DNA of 64,000 bases from Planctomycetia bacterium (GTDB taxonomy: Bacteria > Planctomycetota > Planctomycetia > Pirellulales > UBA1268), in assembly GCA_009924545.1 (NCBI GenBank), contig RFRL01000001.1, forward strand, positions 4,272 through 68,271. Direction: 5' to 3'. The position numbers and the translations under genes are program-made. This document shows positions 58,618 through 64,000 of this stretch, piece after piece. Under the pieces are notes generated by a model that did no database searches, was not told the DNA's origin, and saw nothing but the letters and a program-made list of their open reading frames with translations. The first letter of the stretch is position 1. Each line of letters opens with the position of its first letter.

Positions 58618-60027
58618 ATGCCCGCTCCGCGCACGCTCCTCGACAAGATCTGGGACGAACACGTCGTCTGTGCCCCGCCCGGCGAACTGCCGCTGCTCTA
58701 CATCGACCGGCACCTGGTCCACGAAGTGACCAGTCCCCAGGCGTTCGAGGGGCTGCGGATCGCCGGCCGTGGTGTCCGCCGCCCCGAGGCCACGTTCGCC
58801 ACCCCGGACCACAACGTCCCCACCACCGACCGTCGGCTGCCGATCGCCGACCTGATCTCGCGGCAGCAAATCGACACGCTCCGGGCCAACTGCCGGGAGT
58901 TCGGCGTCCGCCTCTTCGATCTCGACGACGCCGACCAGGGGATCGTGCACGTCATCGGCCCGGAGTTGGGGATCACCCAGCCCGGCATGACGATCGTCTG
59001 CGGCGACAGCCATACCGCCACCCACGGGGCGCTGGGGGCCCTCGCCTTCGGCATCGGCACGAGCGAAGTGGAGCACGTCCTCGCCACCCAGACCCTGCGG
59101 CAGGCGAAGCCGCGGTCCCTCGAGCTGCGGGTCGAAGGGCGCCTCGGCCCCGGCGTGACCGCCAAGGACCTGATCCTCCACCTCATCGGCCGACTCTCCA
59201 CCGAGGGGGGCACCGGCTTCGTGATCGAGTACACCGGTTCCTGCATCCGCGCCCTGCGGATGGAGGAACGGATGACGGTCTGCAACATGTCGATCGAGGC
59301 CGGCGCCCGGGCGGGGATGATCGCCCCCGACGCGGTGACCTTCGACTACCTGCGGGGTCGCGACCACGCACCGCGCGACTTCGACGCCGCCGTGGCCCGC
59401 TGGGAACGGCTGCCGTCAGACCCGGGCGCGGCCTACGAACGGGTCGAGGTGTTCGACGCGGCCGCGATCGTGCCGCAGGTCACCTGGGGCACCAACCCGG
59501 CCCAGGTGGTCGGGGTCGATGGCCGGGTTCCCGATCCCACCACGTTCGCCGATCCTTTCGAGCGCGACAGCGGAGTCCGGGCACTGGCCTACATGGGCCT
59601 CACCGGTGGCACGCCGATCGTCGACATCCCGGTCGATCGCGTGTTCATCGGGTCGTGCACCAACAGCCGCATCGAGGATCTGCGCGAGGCGGCCCGGACC
59701 GTGCGTGGCCACCGCGTGGCCTCCCGGGTGCGCGCGATGGTGGTGCCGGGCAGCGGCCGGGTGAAGCGGCAGGCCGAGGCGGAGGGGCTCGACCGGGTGT
59801 TTCTCGATGCGGGATTCGAGTGGCGGGAGGCGGGGTGCAGCATGTGCCTGGGGATGAATCCCGATACGCTGGCGCCGGGGGAGCGCTGCGCCTCGACGAG
59901 CAACCGCAATTTCGAGGGCCGGCAGGGGAAGGGGGGTCGCACGCACCTCGTGTCGCCGGCGATGGCGGCCGCGGCGGCGGTGGCGGGCACGTTCGTCGAC
60001 GTCCGTCAGTGGCACGACCACGCCTGA
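58618..60027 (+). CDS. leuC: 3-isopropylmalate dehydratase large subunit
   Basis: From the ATG at 58618 ([17 protein letters not shown]). Aconitase-family motifs [24 protein letters not shown] and [11 protein letters not shown]. Confidence 0.93.
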   Translation: MPAPRTLLDKIWDEHVVCAPPGELPLLYIDRHLVHEVTSPQAFEGLRIAGRGVRRPEATFATPDHNVPTTDRRLPIADLISRQQIDTLRANCREFGVRLFDLDDADQGIVHVIGPELGITQPGMTIVCGDSHTATHGALGALAFGIGTSEVEHVLATQTLRQAKPRSLELRVEGRLGPGVTAKDLILHLIGRLSTEGGTGFVIEYTGSCIRALRMEERMTVCNMSIEAGARAGMIAPDAVTFDYLRGRDHAPRDFDAAVARWERLPSDPGAAYERVEVFDAAAIVPQVTWGTNPAQVVGVDGRVPDPTTFADPFERDSGVRALAYMGLTGGTPIVDIPVDRVFIGSCTNSRIEDLREAARTVRGHRVASRVRAMVVPGSGRVKRQAEAEGLDRVFLDAGFEWREAGCSMCLGMNPDTLAPGERCASTSNRNFEGRQGKGGRTHLVSPAMAAAAAVAGTFVDVRQWHDHA

Positions 60028-60051
60028 TCCCGATTTCCCTTGGGGGCAGCG

Positions 60052-60699
60052 ATGCAACCCTTCACGATCCACGCCGGTGTCGTCGCCGCACTCGACCGGG
60101 CCAACGTCGACACCGACCAGATCATCCCCAAGCAGTTCCTCAAGCGGATCGAGCGCACGGGATTCGGACGGTTCCTGTTCTTCGACTGGCGGTTCCTTTC
60201 CGACGGCACCCCCGATCCACGTTTCGATCTGAACAAGCCGGAGATGGCCGGGGCGACGATCCTCCTCGCCCGTCGGAACTTCGGCTGCGGTTCGAGTCGC
60301 GAACACGCCCCGTGGGCCCTCGCCGACTACGGCTTCCGCGCGGTCATCGCCCCGAGCTTCGCCGACATCTTCCATTCCAACTGCTTCCAGAACGGGATGC
60401 TGCCGGTCACGCTGAGCGAGGATGCCGTCGACGAACTGTTCCAGCGGGCGGCGGCCTGCAGCCGTGAGGGGCGGCCCCTGCGCCTGTCGATCGATCTCGA
60501 GTCGGGCGTGGTGCAGGTGCCCGAGGCCGAGGCCGCAGGTCGGCCGTTCCGCCACACGTTCGCCACCGACCCGTTCCGGCGTGACTGCCTGCTCCGCGGT
60601 CTCGACGCCATCGCCCTGTCGCTGGCGCACGCTGACCGGATCGCGGCCTGGGAACGGTCCCACGGGATCGGCGCTCCACCGGCGCCGTCACGGCCATGA
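60052..60699 (+). CDS. leuD: 3-isopropylmalate dehydratase small subunit
   Basis: From the ATG at 60052 ([33 protein letters not shown]). Contains [17 protein letters not shown]. The track ORF begins at a TTG at 60040. Confidence 0.92.
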   Translation: MQPFTIHAGVVAALDRANVDTDQIIPKQFLKRIERTGFGRFLFFDWRFLSDGTPDPRFDLNKPEMAGATILLARRNFGCGSSREHAPWALADYGFRAVIAPSFADIFHSNCFQNGMLPVTLSEDAVDELFQRAAACSREGRPLRLSIDLESGVVQVPEAEAAGRPFRHTFATDPFRRDCLLRGLDAIALSLAHADRIAAWERSHGIGAPPAPSRP

Positions 60700-61712
60700 C
60701 CGGCCGGCGGCGGTTCATCGGTGGCCTTCTGGCGGCCGGCGGTCTGGGCACGGCCCGCGGGCTCCGGGCCGCGGTCGCCGAACCGACGCTGGCGACCGTG
60801 ATCGAGGGGATCGGCGCCGCCGGGCCGCTGGCAGTCACCCGCACCGGACAGACTTTGTCGGTGCTCGACGCGTCGCGACGCCGGGTCGTGGCCCTCGATC
60901 CCGCCGAGCCGACGAAGCGCTGGACCTCCATCGAGGCCGAGGGGGACGACGGCGCGGTACTCGCTGCGATGGCGAGCCTCGACTCGAGCACCCTGCTGGC
61001 GGTGTGGCAGTCGGGCGACGGGTGGTCGCTCCGTGTGCACCGGGTCCGTCCGCCCGCCGACGACACCGCCCCGGCAGCGACCCTGCAGGCGCTCCCGCTG
61101 GGGCGGGCTGGAGGCCCGACCGGACGGGTCGATCTCGTCGTCAGCCCGTCGCGGAACGTGGTCGCCGTGGCAGGACTGCCGGCGCCACTTCCTCCGTTGC
61201 TCCGCGGGCGCATCACCGGAGCGCGGATCGACCCGCTCTCCGATCGCCGCTGCCCGACGCTCGCCGACCGGCGCTTGGGAGGCCTGGCCTTCGGGCCGGG
61301 CGATGAGTGGATCCTCCTCACCATGCCCGCGGGGGCCCCGACGGCCGCGGCACGACTCGACTGGTTCGCACCCGGCGGGGGCCACCTCCTCGATCTCGAC
61401 ACCGCACTTCCGGGGGCGCGCCATGCCGCCTGGGACAACGAATCGGGGCTCCTCTACTCACTCGCCGGGGTGCCCGACGCGCCTCGGCATCCGGAGGGGC
61501 TGTGGCGCGTCGACGCCGTGCTCGAGCAGGGTCGGCAGACCTGCCGGCCGGTGTGCGTCGCGCGCTTGGAACAAGCCCACTCGCTCGTCTGCCTGCCGCG
61601 GCACACGGTGGTGGTCAGCCAGACGACGGGCGGGGGGCGGGTCACGCGGATCACCGTCCCCGACGTGCCGATGGACGCCGCCACACCGGGCGCTGCGGCG
61701 CCGGCGGAGTGA
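60696..61712 (+). CDS. Tat-signal hypothetical protein (338 aa)
   Basis: Twin-arginine motif [22 protein letters not shown]. The rest looks beta-rich with no motif I recognise. ATGA overlap with the leuD stop. Confidence 0.6.
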   Translation: MTGRRRFIGGLLAAGGLGTARGLRAAVAEPTLATVIEGIGAAGPLAVTRTGQTLSVLDASRRRVVALDPAEPTKRWTSIEAEGDDGAVLAAMASLDSSTLLAVWQSGDGWSLRVHRVRPPADDTAPAATLQALPLGRAGGPTGRVDLVVSPSRNVVAVAGLPAPLPPLLRGRITGARIDPLSDRRCPTLADRRLGGLAFGPGDEWILLTMPAGAPTAAARLDWFAPGGGHLLDLDTALPGARHAAWDNESGLLYSLAGVPDAPRHPEGLWRVDAVLEQGRQTCRPVCVARLEQAHSLVCLPRHTVVVSQTTGGGRVTRITVPDVPMDAATPGAAAPAE

Positions 61713-61770
61713 GGACAAGGCAAGAGCCGCTGGTTCAGCGACCACGGGCACCGGGGCAGGGGAGCAGCAC

Positions 61771-62109
61771 ATGACCACGTCGCGACGGGCACGGATCGAG
61801 GAGATGCTCGCGGCCGACCCGGGGGACGTGTTCCTCCGCTACAGCCTGGCGCTCGAACTGGAGGGCGCCGGGGAAACCGACGCCGGGATCGCGATCCTCG
61901 CGGCCCTGGCCGCGGAAGCGCCCCCCTACGTCCCCGCGTTCCACATGGCGGGCCGGCACCTGGCGGCCCGGGGCCGCTTCGACGAGGCCCGCTGCTTCCT
62001 CCGCGACGGCATCGAAGAAGCCCGCCGGCAGGGTCAGGAGCACGCCGCCGGTGAGATGGCCGGCCTGCTCATGGATTTGGGATCGGCCGGGGAACAGGAA
62101 AATCGGTAG
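61771..62109 (+). CDS. small TPR-like protein (112 aa)
   Basis: From the ATG at 61771: MTTSRRARIEEMLAADPGDVFLRYSLALELEGAGETDAGIAILAALAAEAPPYVPAFHMAGRHLAARGRFDEARCFLRDGIEEA, which looks like two or three TPR-like helical hairpins. The 3' end overlaps convergent bioB by 41 nt. Confidence 0.6.
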   Translation: MTTSRRARIEEMLAADPGDVFLRYSLALELEGAGETDAGIAILAALAAEAPPYVPAFHMAGRHLAARGRFDEARCFLRDGIEEARRQGQEHAAGEMAGLLMDLGSAGEQENR

Positions 62110-63193
62110 CGGGCCTCTCGGCCCCACGGCTAGCGGGCGTCTCCGCCCCACGGCTGATCCTGAATCCCATGTCGGTGATCATCGCGTAGTCGGCGGCGGG
62201 CGGCTGACCCGGTGTGGTCAGGTAGTCGCCCACGAAGATGGAGTTGGCCGGGTAGAGGCCGAGCGGTTGGAGGCTGCGGAGGTGCACCTCGCGGCCGCCG
62301 GCGATGCGGATCTCCGCCTCCGGGTTCACCAGCCGCATCATCGCCAGGCCACGGAGGCAGTCCCGCGGCGAAAGACGGTCCGAACCAGCCAGGGGCGTGC
62401 CGTCGATCGCCGTGAGGAAGTTCAGAGGGATCGACTCGACCCCGAGGTGGCGCAATTCGAACGCCATGTCCACCAGATCCTCCGGCTCCTCCCCCATCCC
62501 CATGATCCCGCCGCTGCACAGGGCCAGGCCCGCCTCCCGGCAGGCCTGCAGGGTGGCGAGGCGATCGGCGTGGGTGTGGGTGGTGCAGATCGAAGGGTAG
62601 TGCCGGGCGCTGGTGTTGAGGTTGTGATTCACCTTGTCGACACCGGCGGCGGCCAGCCGCTGGGCCTGCCGGGCGTCGAGCAGGCCCAGGCAGGCGCACA
62701 CGTTGAGGTCGTGGCGGGCCTTGATCTTCGGCACGATGTCGCACACGGCGTCGATCTCGCGCTCGGTCGGGCCACGGGCCGAGATGACGATGCAAAACGT
62801 CTTCGACTGCCGCTCCGCCGCCACGCGGGCCGCATCGAGGAGCGTCTCGGGAGCGAGGAGGTTGTACCGGGGGATGTCGGCCGACGAGACCTTCGACTGC
62901 GAGCAGTAGCCGCAGTCCTCGGGGCAGAGTCCGCTCTTGGCATTCATGAGGAAGAACAACTGCACGGTGTTGCCGAAATGCCGGTGACGAACCCGGTAGG
63001 CCGCGGCGAGCACGTCGAGCAACTCCTCGTCACCCGAGGCGAGCACCGCGCGGGCCTCGTCGCGGTCGACCATTCCGCCCGACAGCACCCGATCGGCGAG
63101 TCCCGCCCAGCCACCGGCGGGTTTCCGCGGCGGCTCCACCGCGGAACGGGGGCTGCGCGAGGGGGACGCGGCGGGCAGGTCGACGGTGCTCAT
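62069..63193 (-). CDS. bioB: biotin synthase
   Basis: Radical-SAM motif GLCPEDCGYCSQS. Also FCIVISARGP, NHNLNTS, and LCSGGIMGMGE. About a 35-aa N-terminal extension (an alternative ATG lies at 63073) and a repeat-containing C-terminal tail. Confidence 0.9.
   Translation of the reverse strand: MSTVDLPAASPSRSPRSAVEPPRKPAGGWAGLADRVLSGGMVDRDEARAVLASGDEELLDVLAAAYRVRHRHFGNTVQLFFLMNAKSGLCPEDCGYCSQSKVSSADIPRYNLLAPETLLDAARVAAERQSKTFCIVISARGPTEREIDAVCDIVPKIKARHDLNVCACLGLLDARQAQRLAAAGVDKVNHNLNTSARHYPSICTTHTHADRLATLQACREAGLALCSGGIMGMGEEPEDLVDMAFELRHLGVESIPLNFLTAIDGTPLAGSDRLSPRDCLRGLAMMRLVNPEAEIRIAGGREVHLRSLQPLGLYPANSIFVGDYLTTPGQPPAADYAMITDMGFRISRGAETPASRGAERPATDFPVPRPIPNP
62107..62154. repeat. 24-bp tandem duplication (2 copies, 3 mismatches)
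   Basis: TAGCGGGCCTCTCGGCCCCACGGC followed by TAGCGGGCGTCTCCGCCCCACGGC. It is in frame within the bioB C-terminal tail (SRGAETPA/SRGAERPA) and begins at the stop codon of the convergent TPR-like gene. Confidence 0.85.
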
Positions 63194-63443
63194 GCGTGGG
63201 CATCTCCGGGATTCCGCTCCGCCCCCGTGGGCCGTGCGGTTCAGGCGGCTTGGGGAGAATGTAGGCGACCGCCCGGTCCAGGGAACAGCCCCCGGGGTCG
63301 CACCCGGACCGACCGCCGGCGGCGGGGCATGCCGGTCGCGCCGGTGATCCGGGCCCCCCCGGCACGACCGGCAAAAGCTTTCGCTTCCGGTCGACCGATA
63401 CAGACGATTGGACGATCAGTTCTTTCCCGAGGACGTGACAGCC

Positions 63444-64000
63444 ATGCTCCGCCCCCGTCTGCCGGCGACGATCCTGACCGCGGCCCTCTCCGCGGCCACG
63501 TTCGACATGGTGCCTGCGGCACCCGTGGAGAAGGCCAAGGAGAACGAAAAGGCCTACGCGGTCGTCGGTCAGTCGACCGAGTCGACGGCGGCGACCGGAC
63601 GGAAGCCGCTGGCCAAGCGCATCGCCGCCGCCAACCAGCCGATCCGCGTGGCGGGCCCCGCTTGGCAGGGCCCGCGGCCGGACGAGCGCGCCGTGGTGGT
63701 CGCGCCGCTGGGCGACACCGATGGTCGCCCGGTCGACGTCCCGGCGAACGATACCGCTCAGGCAACCCCGGGGCCGACGATCCCCGCCGCCCCGCCGACG
63801 ATGTTGGTCGAAGTGCCGCTGCCGCCCACCGCGATCGACCCCGCCATCGAGGCTCCGGGCCGGGTCGCCGAGCCCCCACTGGTGGCGACGCTCCCCGCCA
63901 CTCCCGCCGTCGAATCGGCCCCGGCGGCCGAGTGGACGTCGGCGGTGATTGGCGCGGCCGACCCGGTCACGGCGGCCACCGACCCGTCCGCCAGTGGCGA
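63444..64000 (+). CDS. secreted hypothetical protein, Pro/Ala-rich (5' part; runs off the window)
   Basis: My own translation from the ATG at 63444 gives MLRPRLPATILTAALSAATFDMVPAAPVEKAKENEKAYAVVGQ... It stays open to the window end with mostly G/C third positions. It is absent from the track because it has no stop. Confidence 0.5.
   Translation, partial: MLRPRLPATILTAALSAATFDMVPAAPVEKAKENEKAYAVVGQSTESTAATGRKPLAKRIAAANQPIRVAGPAWQGPRPDERAVVVAPLGDTDGRPVDVPANDTAQATPGPTIPAAPPTMLVEVPLPPTAIDPAIEAPGRVAEPPLVATLPATPAVESAPAAEWTSAVIGAADPVTAATDPSASG

Overview
This is a very GC-rich window (about 70 % by eye, not computed) and it is gene-dense. I can support about 53 protein-coding genes, one tRNA-Arg(ACG), three short tandem repeats and a few weak promoter-like motifs. 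I saw no rRNA, CRISPR array, transposase, integrase, prophage or recognisable defence genes. Most long ORFs in the track that lie antisense to the genes called here look like high-GC artefacts (R/P/G/W-rich, and they overlap genes with clear family signatures).

The content is mostly core housekeeping, arranged in operons:
- serA-serC
- gcvT-gcvH-lplA-like
- RNase R plus a YhaM-like exonuclease
- proS
- nusA-infB-rbfA
- rpmF-fabD-fabG-acpP-fabF
- ruvC-ruvA and ruvB
- purE-purK
- leuC-leuD
- bioB

Many gene junctions are 4-nt ATGA or GTGA overlaps. Between these operons sit lineage-typical genes:
- ExbB/ExbD with two large TPR-like proteins
- an FHA protein
- DUF1573 plus a tetrahaem cytochrome
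- a HEAT-repeat lipoprotein
- a carotenoid-type module (two CrtI-family oxidoreductases, an acyltransferase and a GT2)

This repertoire suggests a Planctomycetota (Pirellulales-like) chromosome. That is inference only.

I found no self-evident new multi-gene system. The observations most worth a second look are:
1. A KAS-fold paralog whose nucleophile Cys is replaced (Glu-His-Asn), together with a secreted unknown, downstream of a FAS II operon that lacks fabH.
2. An EndoIII-fold protein with a roughly 200-aa histone-H1-like basic tail, translationally coupled to infB-rbfA.
3. A degenerate metallophosphatase-like domain fused to a tetrahaem cytochrome, next to a DUF1573 protein.
4. An LplT-PlsC fusion with a short, apparently decayed adenylation-like tail.
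5. A perfect 60-bp tandem duplication in the tail of an MFS gene.

All family calls come from motifs read by eye. No database search, HMM, RNA folding or statistics was run, and several start codons are uncertain.
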